The notes: a model not told the origin generated them from the letters alone. A DNA stretch of 64,000 bases from Vicinamibacterales bacterium (GCA_035495555.1 DATJFQ010000041.1:91894-155893), one strand, 5' to 3'; shown: positions 21,731 to 30,274, counted from the first letter of the stretch. Numbers and translations are program-made.

Positions 21731-24589
21731 ATGAAGCCGATCGTTCCGCTTCTGGTGGCGGCGTGCGCCGTAGTGGCCGCGCAATCCGTGTCCGCGCAGA
21801 CGTCTGCCACCTGGCAGTCACCCGTCAACGTCACGGCATCACCAGGCGCGCTGCAGAAAAGCGGCGGCTGTGACGGCTGTCCCGATTCCGGCGCACACAG
21901 CTCGCAGCAGTTGAGCGGCGACGGCTACATCGACTTCATTCCCGGAATGGACCAACGCCTCTACGCCGGCCTCACGACAGACCTCTCTTCCTCCACGGCG
22001 TCGACGACCATGAACTTCGCCTTCAGTTTCTGGCCGGGCGGCGCATGGGAAATCCGCGAACTCGGCGTGTACAAAGGGGAAGGCACCTTCGCCGCCGGCG
22101 ATCACTTCAGCGTCTCTATCGAAAACGGGGTGGTCGTCTACCGCCACAACGGCGTGGCGGTCTCTCGGAGCGCTACGGCACCGGCGTTCCCGCTGGTTCT
22201 GGACACGACGTTCTACTCGGCCGGCAGTTCACTCTCGGGCGCAACGATCGGCGCAGGCGCACCGCCAAACGCAACGACCGCGCCTCCGCCCGCCACAACG
22301 ACGACTACCATTACCACCACCCAGACCACGACAACCAATCCTGACGGACTCCCGACCCGGACGGCAGTAGGCCCGTACTATGCGGTCGTCGATCGTTACA
22401 CGTACCCGAAGCCGGCTCTCCCGGCCCCCGGGCCCGCCGGCACGACTTTCCAGGATCCGATTTTCGGTTCCTCGATCACCCGCATCACCGACGGCAACGT
22501 GCGACCCGGGTACCTGAATCGCTCCTTCCGCACGCCGTCAGGCACACACCAGCTCGCCTGGAGTGCCAACGGCACCAGGTTCTATGTCGTCAGCACCGAC
22601 GGGACGATTATCCCGTTCACGTTCGACGCGGCCACGCACAGCGCAAAACGGATCCAGCCGACCACCAGCGGCGAAGGCGGCCTCGTGCTGCGGTTCTACC
22701 TGGAACCGCAGTTCTCCTTCGTCAACGACTCGGTCATTTACGGCAGCTCGTCGCTGTCCGGGTCGACGCTGCGCACGGTCGACAAGTACGACTTCTCAAC
22801 CGGGCAGTACTCCACGATCTTCAACCTCGACGCGGTTCAGCCCGGCCTGTCGGGTACATTCATCGGCGGTCTCGGATCGAGCGCCGGTCCCAACGAACGC
22901 GTCCTCGCCTTCTTCGGCGGTACCTCCCAGGACAAACATCACTTGGCCGTCGTCTTCGACGTGGCTAACCCGGCGTCTTATCAGATTGTCGACACGCTCA
23001 CCTCGACGCTGAACGGAGCCCCCGCACCGATCACGCTGAACTTCTCGCTGCACCACGCGAGCATCGACCGCAGCGGCCGGTACGTCATCCTCTACCCCAC
23101 CGGTCCGGACATGCAGGCGCCGCGCTACGCGGCGCAGATGTACGTGTGGGACACCGTCACGGGCACTATGACCGCTCTCGGCGCCTCTGCTCACCCGTAC
23201 GGGCACGACGCGTACGGCTACGGCGTCGCGATCAACCAGGACTGCTGCACGTCCACCACCTGGGACGCGGCACAGTGGCAACTCCGCAACTTCTCGACGC
23301 CCACACTGTCACACGACCTCATCGCAACGGTGCTCTCCCCCAAAGAGACCTCGCTTGCCGATCACCCGTCGTGGAACAACGCGCGCAGTGATCGCCTGGT
23401 TCCTTACGTCAGTGGTCTCTATCGCTACGGCACGAACACCTCTCCCTGGCGCGCATGGGACGATGAGCTGGTGGCGATACAGACGGATGGCGCACAGGGA
23501 ACCGACGCGACCGTGTGGCGATTCGCCCAACACCGTTCCGACGTTCGCAACGACCTCGACGCCACGACGACCTATTTCTGGTACGAGCCGCGGCCGAACA
23601 TCTCCCCCGACGGACACTGGGTCCTGTTCACCTCCAACTGGGAGAAGACCCTCGGCACCGATCCCGGCGGCGACGCCGGAGGCAGCTTCCGCCAGGACGT
23701 ATTCCTGCTCGAGCTGACGCCCTCCACCAGCGCAACGACAACGACAACGACGACGACACCTCCTCCGCCGCCGCCGGCACCGACCGTCGCTCCCGTCGCG
23801 ATCGCGACGAGCAGCGTCCCCGGAGCGCAAATGACGGTGCCGTACTCCGCCGCGGTGACCGCGACCGGAGGCAGCGGGTCGTACCTGTGGACGATCACCC
23901 AGGGGACCCTGCCGCCCGGACTCTCACTCAGTCGAACGCTGGGCGTCATCTCCGGAACGCCCACAACGGCCGGCAGCTTTCCGTTCACGGTGGCGGCGTC
24001 CGACGCCGCCAACAACGCGAATTCCGCCACGAGCTCATACACGCTCGCGGTTTCCGGTGCGCCGCTCCAGATCACGACGCTGCTGGCGCCAACCGCGCGC
24101 GAGACGGTCGCATACTCCGCCGCGCTCGCGGCGAGCGGCGGAAGCGGTTCATACAACTGGTCGCTCTCCTCCGGGACATTGCCGCCCGGCCTGACGCTCT
24201 CCCCCCAGGGCTCGCTCAGCGGAGTCCCCACAACGCCAGGAACGTACGCCTTCATCATCCGGATAGCGGATGCGCAGAACGGCGCGCTCAGCGCGTCGAT
24301 GAGCTACTCCATCCCGGTCCAGGCCGCGATCAGGATCCTGGCGCCGCCATCCACCCTGACACCGCTCCGCAATGCACCGTTCGCCTACGCGTTCACGGCC
24401 GCGAACATCATCGACAAGGCGACCTGGACGATGAGCGGGAACCTGCCGCAGGGCCTCACGTTCAACAGCGCCAGCGGGATCCTGTCGGGCACTCCGAAGA
24501 CCGGCGGATCGACGACGGTGCGGATTACGGTGAGCGACGTTAATACTGCCTGCACGATCTCGGTGGCGCTGAAGATCGCGCAGAAGTAG
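21731..24589 (+). CDS. Large secreted multidomain protein with four C-terminal 'putative Ig' repeats
   Basis: Signal peptide MKPIVPLLVAACAVVAAQSVSAQ. N-terminal beta-sandwich-like domain, a Thr-rich linker, and a central about 450-aa region. Then TTTTTTTTPPPPPPAPT, followed by four repeats of the form G(T/N)LP(P/Q)GL(S/T)…G(V/I)(I/L)SG(T/V)P(T/K)T.G. Confidence 0.8.
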   Translation: MKPIVPLLVAACAVVAAQSVSAQTSATWQSPVNVTASPGALQKSGGCDGCPDSGAHSSQQLSGDGYIDFIPGMDQRLYAGLTTDLSSSTASTTMNFAFSFWPGGAWEIRELGVYKGEGTFAAGDHFSVSIENGVVVYRHNGVAVSRSATAPAFPLVLDTTFYSAGSSLSGATIGAGAPPNATTAPPPATTTTTITTTQTTTTNPDGLPTRTAVGPYYAVVDRYTYPKPALPAPGPAGTTFQDPIFGSSITRITDGNVRPGYLNRSFRTPSGTHQLAWSANGTRFYVVSTDGTIIPFTFDAATHSAKRIQPTTSGEGGLVLRFYLEPQFSFVNDSVIYGSSSLSGSTLRTVDKYDFSTGQYSTIFNLDAVQPGLSGTFIGGLGSSAGPNERVLAFFGGTSQDKHHLAVVFDVANPASYQIVDTLTSTLNGAPAPITLNFSLHHASIDRSGRYVILYPTGPDMQAPRYAAQMYVWDTVTGTMTALGASAHPYGHDAYGYGVAINQDCCTSTTWDAAQWQLRNFSTPTLSHDLIATVLSPKETSLADHPSWNNARSDRLVPYVSGLYRYGTNTSPWRAWDDELVAIQTDGAQGTDATVWRFAQHRSDVRNDLDATTTYFWYEPRPNISPDGHWVLFTSNWEKTLGTDPGGDAGGSFRQDVFLLELTPSTSATTTTTTTTPPPPPPAPTVAPVAIATSSVPGAQMTVPYSAAVTATGGSGSYLWTITQGTLPPGLSLSRTLGVISGTPTTAGSFPFTVAASDAANNANSATSSYTLAVSGAPLQITTLLAPTARETVAYSAALAASGGSGSYNWSLSSGTLPPGLTLSPQGSLSGVPTTPGTYAFIIRIADAQNGALSASMSYSIPVQAAIRILAPPSTLTPLRNAPFAYAFTAANIIDKATWTMSGNLPQGLTFNSASGILSGTPKTGGSTTVRITVSDVNTACTISVALKIAQK

Positions 24590-25243
24590 TCACGGCCGGC
24601 GCGCGAGGCACGGCAGATTGCTTCTGCTGCCTCGCGCGACCAGATCCGCAATCCGGTCGACCCCAACACGGCCGTCCCCCTGTTCCGGGACGACGCGGCA
24701 TCTCCCCTGCTCCAACACCACAAACCTCCCCGCCACATCGTCCAGATCGTGGAGGCGGTGAGATGAAATGAGGATCGCGGTGCCCGCCGCTCCCCAGTCA
24801 CGGATGCGTTCGGTGAGGCGGCGAGCGGCGGGCGGATCGAGGCCGTCCCAGGGTTCGTCGAGCAGCAGGACGTCAGGGGGCGGCCCCTGTAGCGCAATGC
24901 GCAGCCCGAGAATCTGCCGAGTGCCGCGCGAGAGAACGCCGATGCGGCGCCTTTCGTCGGAGGGGACATCGAACAACGCCGCCCATCGCCTGGCGCGGAT
25001 CTGTGGCGGCAACGTGGCCTCCCCCGCGAAATAGCGGATGCGCACCAGTGAAGAGTCCCATCGGACCACACCCTGGTCGGGACGGATCAATCCCGCGGAG
25101 ATGCGCAAGAGCGTGGTCTTTCCCGCGCCGTTCGCGCCCACGAGCCCGACGATTTCGCCTCGCCGCACCTGCAGCCACGCCTGGTTCAGGACGCGATGTG
25201 CACCAAAAGCCTTCGAAACGGCAGAGAGTTCCAGCACGTGCAT
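24590..25243 (-). CDS. ABC transporter ATP-binding protein
   Basis: Internal start MHVLELSAVSKAF (ATG 25243). Walker A GANGAGKTT, signature LSRGTRQ, Walker B LLLDEPWDGLD, H-loop SSHRL. Its stop abuts the stop of the convergent 21731 gene with no spacer. Confidence 0.9.
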   Translation of the reverse strand: MHVLELSAVSKAFGAHRVLNQAWLQVRRGEIVGLVGANGAGKTTLLRISAGLIRPDQGVVRWDSSLVRIRYFAGEATLPPQIRARRWAALFDVPSDERRRIGVLSRGTRQILGLRIALQGPPPDVLLLDEPWDGLDPPAARRLTERIRDWGAAGTAILISSHRLHDLDDVAGRFVVLEQGRCRVVPEQGDGRVGVDRIADLVARGSRSNLPCLARRP

Positions 25244-25932
25244 CACCCCCGGTCTGCGAGCAGCACGTTCAGCCGGCTGGTCGCGCTCACCACAAGCCAC
25301 ACCGCCAGACACGAGAGCGCCGCTGCTCCGGCGAGTACCGGCGGCGGCACCGCGGGCTGATCGCCGATCAACACGAACGGACACACCAGCAACACGAGAA
25401 TGTCCCACGCCCACGCGCCGAAGGCGGGACTGATCGTCATCGACAACGCCCGCAGGTTGTGTTGCAGCAGGACCGCCACGAGCAGCGCCAGCCAGAGGAC
25501 ACCAGCCGAACTACGCGGGAGCCGGAAACCCGCGATCCACGCAATGTTCGACACGATCGCGAGCGCGACGAACCGGCGTCCGCACACCGCCGAGACGGCG
25601 TGTGCGCCGCCAAGCGCCAGCGCGGTGACCGCGACTATGATCCAGCCCGCCACTCCAGGCGCAACGGAAACCGCCCAATGCGCGAGAGCCGCCGACCGGC
25701 GCGGCCGACCGGCGACGAGCACCGCGTCGAAGTGGCCCGCAGACGCACGCGAGACAAACCCGGTCGACGCCAGGAACATCTGGAGAACGAGCAGAAGCCC
25801 CAGCGCGCTGTCCAGCTCCGAGGGATTGTAACGAAGGGTCCAGAGACCAAGCACGACACAGCTCGCCGTCAGGAGCACCGCATGGCCGGGGTGCAGCTCG
25901 GAGACGAGAAAGAACTTCAACAGCCATCTCAC
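25243..25932 (-). CDS. Polytopic membrane protein (putative permease partner of the ABC ATPase)
   Basis: GTG 25932 (GTGA overlap with the upstream stop). About 6-7 hydrophobic segments by eye. TGATG overlap with the ATPase gene. No family recognised. Confidence 0.6.
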   Translation of the reverse strand: MRWLLKFFLVSELHPGHAVLLTASCVVLGLWTLRYNPSELDSALGLLLVLQMFLASTGFVSRASAGHFDAVLVAGRPRRSAALAHWAVSVAPGVAGWIIVAVTALALGGAHAVSAVCGRRFVALAIVSNIAWIAGFRLPRSSAGVLWLALLVAVLLQHNLRALSMTISPAFGAWAWDILVLLVCPFVLIGDQPAVPPPVLAGAAALSCLAVWLVVSATSRLNVLLADRG

Positions 25933-26861
25933 AAGCGCACCTCCGCCACATATCCGCTGCCGAGCAGGAGCACGATGTGGTGCGTGTCGACGGCGAGGAG
26001 CAGACGCGCAGGCTCCGTCAGCTCGTATCGTTCGAGTGCCGCGCCCGCTGGAGAGAAATGCGCGAGCAGCCAACCGCCCGGCGGTTCGGGTGCTCCCGTA
26101 ACCGGAGTCCCCGCGCTGATGATCCACACACTCCCGCCGCGATCGACGAAGGCATCACGAACCGGCCGCGCGGGGTTGTCACTCGTCAACAACACCTCCG
26201 GCGCGACATGCGGAATGCCAGGCAACTCGACCCTGCGCGTGCGTCCGGCTGGATCGATGAGGGCCACAGCCGGATCGTCAGGAAACCAGCACGCGCGCTC
26301 CTCGGCGCGCGTGGGACCGCACGTCACCAGATTCAGCGCCGCAATGGATGTCCGCGCCAGCTTGAACGGCCGCGTCTTCAGCGTGCTCCAGGCCTCGCGT
26401 CTGAAATCGCCCGGCTTTCCTGCGATCAGCGCCTGATCCGGCGCGGTGAACTCGGCCCGTTGAAACACCAGCCGATCACCTGCACTGAAAAGCGACGCAT
26501 GGGCGCCATCGAGCGTGTACTCCCGAACGGTGTCGCCCGTCCGCGAAATCTCACGCAGCGTTTTCCAGTCCCGGATGGTCCACAACGTCCCGTCAGCCAA
26601 TTGCGCCAGGCCCCAGCAGCTCGACGCATCGGCGAGCGCCAACGGATTACGGGTTGAGGTGCGGTGCTGCAGGTCGATCGAGACGAGCGCGCGCTCCGCG
26701 ACGAGCAGCAGCACCGGCCCGTCGTCCGCCGCATCGACACGGCCGGCGAGGATCTCGTTCCCCACCACCGGGCCGAACAGCCGGTCAGGCGCCACCCGTG
26801 TGGCGACGTGCCGGCACGACACGAGGCCCAACACCGCGGAAAGCAACAGGCCTGCACGCAT
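25929..26861 (-). CDS. Lipoprotein of unknown function
   Basis: ATG 26861 preceded by GAGGAGG. Signal plus lipobox MRAGLLLSAVLGLVSC. Beta-rich 310-aa product; no family recognised. Confidence 0.7.
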   Translation of the reverse strand: MRAGLLLSAVLGLVSCRHVATRVAPDRLFGPVVGNEILAGRVDAADDGPVLLLVAERALVSIDLQHRTSTRNPLALADASSCWGLAQLADGTLWTIRDWKTLREISRTGDTVREYTLDGAHASLFSAGDRLVFQRAEFTAPDQALIAGKPGDFRREAWSTLKTRPFKLARTSIAALNLVTCGPTRAEERACWFPDDPAVALIDPAGRTRRVELPGIPHVAPEVLLTSDNPARPVRDAFVDRGGSVWIISAGTPVTGAPEPPGGWLLAHFSPAGAALERYELTEPARLLLAVDTHHIVLLLGSGYVAEVRL

Positions 26862-26912
26862 CAATCCTCCTCAGCGACGCACGGCCGCGCCAGCAGCCGT
26901 GCGTCAATGTGT

Positions 26913-27119
26913 TCAACCCACGAGCACGCGACGCACGCACCCGGCGTACTGCAGTTCGCAGTCGAGCCCGTCCGCCCACCGGTACCAGAAGTTGTCGTCG
27001 TTCGCCGCTCGCGTGTAGCAATCGAGCAGATCGCGCGTGCAGGTCTGCGCGAGCGCGGGGCGGGGAGCGCTCACGAACCCCGCAATCACGGCCACCATCA
27101 CCACTGCCTTTTTCACCAT
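26913..27119 (-). CDS. Small secreted twin-Cx6C protein (68 aa)
   Basis: ATG 27119 with SD GGAGGAG 5 nt upstream. GC-rich third positions. Signal peptide MVKKAVVMVAVIAGFVSAPRPALA. Mature part: QTCTRDLLDCYTRAANDDNFWYRWADGLDCELQYAGCVRRVLVG (4 Cys). Confidence 0.65.
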   Translation of the reverse strand: MVKKAVVMVAVIAGFVSAPRPALAQTCTRDLLDCYTRAANDDNFWYRWADGLDCELQYAGCVRRVLVG

Positions 27120-28618
27120 GTGACTCCTCCAGACTGCGATCCCCTCGCGAGGATCGGTGCGCCTGGCGCGCGCCCCTGCGGAGAATCCGTCCCGCCCGCG
27201 CCAGCCGTAACCGCCGGTGGCGAACCGGCTTCCTCCGGCGGACGCCGGAGATACGCATTGAGCGTGTGATACGAAATCTGCAGCTCGCGACAGGCGCGGC
27301 GCTTGTTGTTGCCGCACCGATGCACCACGAGCCGCACGTAACGGCCGGCCCACTGCCGCAACGTGTGCCGACGCTGGAACGACGGCATCAGGTTCTCCGC
27401 GTACTCGTCGACCAGCGCCGGCGGCAGGTCGTCGAGCTGCAAGTGATCCGAGTCCGCAAGCGCGACGCCGCGCTCGATGACCCGCTGCAACTCGCGGACG
27501 TTCCCCGGCCACGCATACGCGAGCAGCGCATCGGCGGCGGCCTGCGACAGCCGCAGCCGCCGGAACGACCGGTGCCGTTCGAGGAAGTACTCGGTCAGCT
27601 CGAGGATGTCCGCCGGACGCTCCCGCAGCGGCGGCACGGAGATCTCGACACCGTGCAGCCGATAGAACAGATCCAGCCGGAATCGCCCGCGCGCGACGAG
27701 ATCCGAAAGCTTCTGATTGGTCGCCGCGATGATACGGACGTCGACCGGCCGCGTACCCGCGGCGCCGACGCGCTCGATCGACATCTCCTGGATCGCGCGC
27801 AGCAGCTTCGCCTGCGCAGCCGGCGACAAATCCGCCACTTCGTCCAGGAACAGCGTCCCTTCGTGGGCATGCTCGAACTTCCCGCGCCGCCCACGCACAC
27901 CGGTCGCAATGCGTTCCTCAATTCCGAACAGTTCGGCCTCGAGCAGCGTCTCGACAATCGCCGCGCAGTTGACCGCGACGAACGGACCGTTCCGCCGCGG
28001 ACTCAGGTCGTGAATCTGCCGGGCAACGAGCTCCTTCCCGCTGCCGCTCTCGCCCTCGATCAGCACGGTAAAACTCGTCGCCGCGACCCGATCGATCCGC
28101 TCCCGCACCGCACGGATCGCCGCACTGGAGCCGATGATCGGTGCCGCGCCATCGAAACGGCTTCGCACCGCTGCCAACGTCCCCGCCCGGTACGCCCGCT
28201 CCAGCAGCAACACCAACGCCGCCACACACCGCGCATCGTCCAGGAGCTGGGCATCCCAGGGATCGAGGCTCCCACCCGGCCGGTCCAGCGTCAGATCGAG
28301 CGCGCCCAGCACTACCGCACCCGCGACGACGTCGACGCTCATCGACGGAACAGTCGACGCGGGCGGCAACGGCCCATCCCGCAGATGGACGTCCTTGACG
28401 TCGAGCAGCGCCCGAAGCTCGTCCTCGAACTTCCGGCGTAACTGCCGCATGTCCCGCATCGCCGGCAGAGCGCCCGAGATCTCGCGCAACACCGTTCCGA
28501 TCGTCCGACGACGATCCGCCACCCGACATCGTCCGCGCATCAGCCCTCCTCTGTTGCGTGTGGCGGCGGCATGAGTCAAAGAAGGTGCCATCGGCCGAAG
28601 CGCGGATTTTGGCGTCAT
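27113..28618 (-). CDS. Sigma-54-interaction-domain transcriptional regulator (bacterial EBP) with a degenerate GAFTGA loop
   Basis: Walker A GESGSGKE, Walker B TLFLDEV, Fis-type HTH RRACRELQISYHTLNAYLRR. The canonical ELFGHEKGAFTGA is replaced by ELFGIEERIATGV. Start is either ATG 28618 (ATGA overlap with PilZ) or ATG 28540 (SD GAGGAGGG). Confidence 0.85.
   Translation of the reverse strand: MTPKSALRPMAPSLTHAAATRNRGGLMRGRCRVADRRRTIGTVLREISGALPAMRDMRQLRRKFEDELRALLDVKDVHLRDGPLPPASTVPSMSVDVVAGAVVLGALDLTLDRPGGSLDPWDAQLLDDARCVAALVLLLERAYRAGTLAAVRSRFDGAAPIIGSSAAIRAVRERIDRVAATSFTVLIEGESGSGKELVARQIHDLSPRRNGPFVAVNCAAIVETLLEAELFGIEERIATGVRGRRGKFEHAHEGTLFLDEVADLSPAAQAKLLRAIQEMSIERVGAAGTRPVDVRIIAATNQKLSDLVARGRFRLDLFYRLHGVEISVPPLRERPADILELTEYFLERHRSFRRLRLSQAAADALLAYAWPGNVRELQRVIERGVALADSDHLQLDDLPPALVDEYAENLMPSFQRRHTLRQWAGRYVRLVVHRCGNNKRRACRELQISYHTLNAYLRRPPEEAGSPPAVTAGAGGTDSPQGRAPGAPILARGSQSGGVTW
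28576..28590 (-). promoter_or_regulatory. Weak sigma-54-like element at the PilZ/EBP junction
   Basis: Minus strand reads TGGCACCTTCTTTGA: perfect -24 box and correct spacing, but -12 is TTGA instead of TTGC. It lies 36 nt upstream of the alternative EBP start at 28540. Confidence 0.25.
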
Positions 28619-29037
28619 TTCGACGCCTCAGTCAGGTGCGAAGGGGCCACCCCCGGCGCCGCGTGTAGGTCGGACCCGTCACTGACGCTGTTAGTGCCCG
28701 ATTGCGTGTGCACGGAATACCCGACTGGGGCAGTCTCTTCCCGCGGGAGATCGGTGTCCTGGTCGAAGCGGAGAGCCGTTTCGTAAGTCACGCCTTCGAG
28801 GGCGGCGATTGCTCTGACGCTGCATCTGAGGACCAGCGCGCGCACAAGGACGCGAAGGCTGTCCACCGAGAGCTGGAGATCGATCCGGCTTCCGGGCGGC
28901 ATTGGGCGTCGGACGGCAATCGAGGCGCCGCGGCGGCTGAAGTTCAAGAGCGTGCCCTCTCCTCCCGCGCGCACGCGGACGCGGACGTGATTGACCATGG
29001 CGCCTGAGACGCGGCAGTGTTGTCGTCGTTCGGTCAT
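28615..29037 (-). CDS. PilZ domain protein (putative c-di-GMP receptor)
   Basis: 140 aa. RRQHCR (RRxxxR), and 23 residues later NFSRRG (D/NxSxxG). ATGA overlaps at both ends. Confidence 0.8.
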   Translation of the reverse strand: MTERRQHCRVSGAMVNHVRVRVRAGGEGTLLNFSRRGASIAVRRPMPPGSRIDLQLSVDSLRVLVRALVLRCSVRAIAALEGVTYETALRFDQDTDLPREETAPVGYSVHTQSGTNSVSDGSDLHAAPGVAPSHLTEASK

Positions 29038-29612
29038 TGTGCGATCCAGCGGTTCGTGGTGCGGTCGAATTTCAGGACGCGTGCGCGTCCTGTTGCGCCG
29101 AGCACGCGCACGGCGTACTGCGCGCCGTGCGGTGACGTGAGATAGAGCGTTCCGGGCGTCGCCGAGCCGTTCGGGCTCATCGACAGAATTCGTGCGCTGC
29201 CGATGCGGATGCCATCCGGCGATGTCACCGGCTGGTTGTCAGCGTCGGGGACGCCGGGGCCGATCGCGAATCGGACGCCCGGGAAGTTCCAGGCGATCGT
29301 CTCGGGACCTGATAACCGGGGATCCGCGCCGGCCGTGATGTCGGCCGTGCGGATCCCGTTGGCGTTGCCGTCCAGATACGTCGTGTAGGTGTAATCGCTG
29401 TCGGTGGCCTCGAACCGAAGCCCGACGAATGCTGAGCGCTTCACCGCTTCGGCGCGAAGCCGTGCGATCTGTTGCGCGACGTGTCGTGCGGCGGACCGGG
29501 CTCGAAAGTCGTCCACCGTCGAGGTCGACACGGGAATCGCGATCGCCGCGAGCGTCCCCGTCAGAGCGACGACGAATAGCAGTTCGATCAGGGACATTCC
29601 GCGATCTGGCAC
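29034..29612 (-). CDS. GspH/FimT family pseudopilin (prepilin-type N-terminal methylation domain)
   Basis: GTG 29612. Leader (M)PDRG followed by MSLIELLFVVALTGTLAAIAIP, with Glu at +5. 192 aa, with GRAR near the C-terminus. Confidence 0.8.
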   Translation of the reverse strand: MPDRGMSLIELLFVVALTGTLAAIAIPVSTSTVDDFRARSAARHVAQQIARLRAEAVKRSAFVGLRFEATDSDYTYTTYLDGNANGIRTADITAGADPRLSGPETIAWNFPGVRFAIGPGVPDADNQPVTSPDGIRIGSARILSMSPNGSATPGTLYLTSPHGAQYAVRVLGATGRARVLKFDRTTNRWIAQ

Positions 29613-29621
29613 GGCGCTGCC

Positions 29622-29969
29622 TTACTTACCGGCCGAGGGCTCCGCCTTCTGGGCGCCGACAGTGATGTACGGCTTCAGCTTCAGGAAGTTCTTCTCGCCG
29701 ATCCCTTTGACGTTCATCAGGTCTTCGATCTTCTTGAAGCTGCCGTTCTTTTGACGGAACTCCAGAATGCGCTGCGCGGCTTTCGCGCCGATGCCCGGCA
29801 GCGATTCGAGCTGCGCCTGGGTCGCACTATTCAGGTTGATCGGAGACGACGGAGCCGGTGTTTTGGCAGAGCGGGCCGTCGACTTTGCCGGCGTCCCCTG
29901 CTGGGCGGCCGCGGTGTTGGGCAAGGCAGCGAGGGCGAGCAAAGCGAGTGAGAGCAACAGCGTGCGCAT
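29622..29969 (-). CDS. comEA: ComEA family helix-hairpin-helix DNA-binding protein
   Basis: ATG 29969 with SD GGAGG. Signal peptide MRTLLLSLALLALAALPNTAAA. INLNSATQAQLESLPGIGAKAAQRILEFRQKNGSFKKIEDLMNVKGIGEKNF. Confidence 0.85.
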   Translation of the reverse strand: MRTLLLSLALLALAALPNTAAAQQGTPAKSTARSAKTPAPSSPINLNSATQAQLESLPGIGAKAAQRILEFRQKNGSFKKIEDLMNVKGIGEKNFLKLKPYITVGAQKAEPSAGK

Positions 29970-30085
29970 GAATCCTCCAATGCAGACAGGTGTGGTTGAT
30001 GAGTGGCCCCGCCCGCGTGCATCCTGCACAAAGCGAGAGGTCGGGCACCTTGTGAAAGTGAGTGGCGGAGCCGACGGCCCTCAGG

Positions 30086-30100
30086 GCAAAGCTGCCGCCA
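30086..30100 (-). promoter_or_regulatory. Sigma-54-like promoter candidate upstream of comEA
   Basis: Minus strand reads TGGCGGCAGCTTTGC: TGGC and TTGC at consensus spacing, with the CAC of the -24 box replaced by GGC. About 117 nt upstream of ATG 29969. Confidence 0.25.
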
Positions 30101-30274
30101 TCACGACGCGTGCGAGGTGGGGACTGCGTAAGACGTTGGGAGCAAGCGACTTCGACGGTCCGTCGCCCTCACCCGCACTCTCGTGCACCTTTCCGAGACG
30201 ATGGAGCGAGCAACTGCGGTTGCGTGCACTCGACGTCCGGGCGCAGGCGATGTGAGACAATAGCTGTTCACCCG

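Noticed and set aside
23731-23790. Run of ACG/ACA/CCG codons (TTTTTTTTPPPPPP) in the 952-aa gene as a frameshift or pseudogene signature
   Set aside because: The reading frame stays open through it, and recognisable Ig-like repeats follow in frame. It is best read as a Thr/Pro linker, though slippage-prone. A shorter Thr-rich linker occurs at about 22290..22340.
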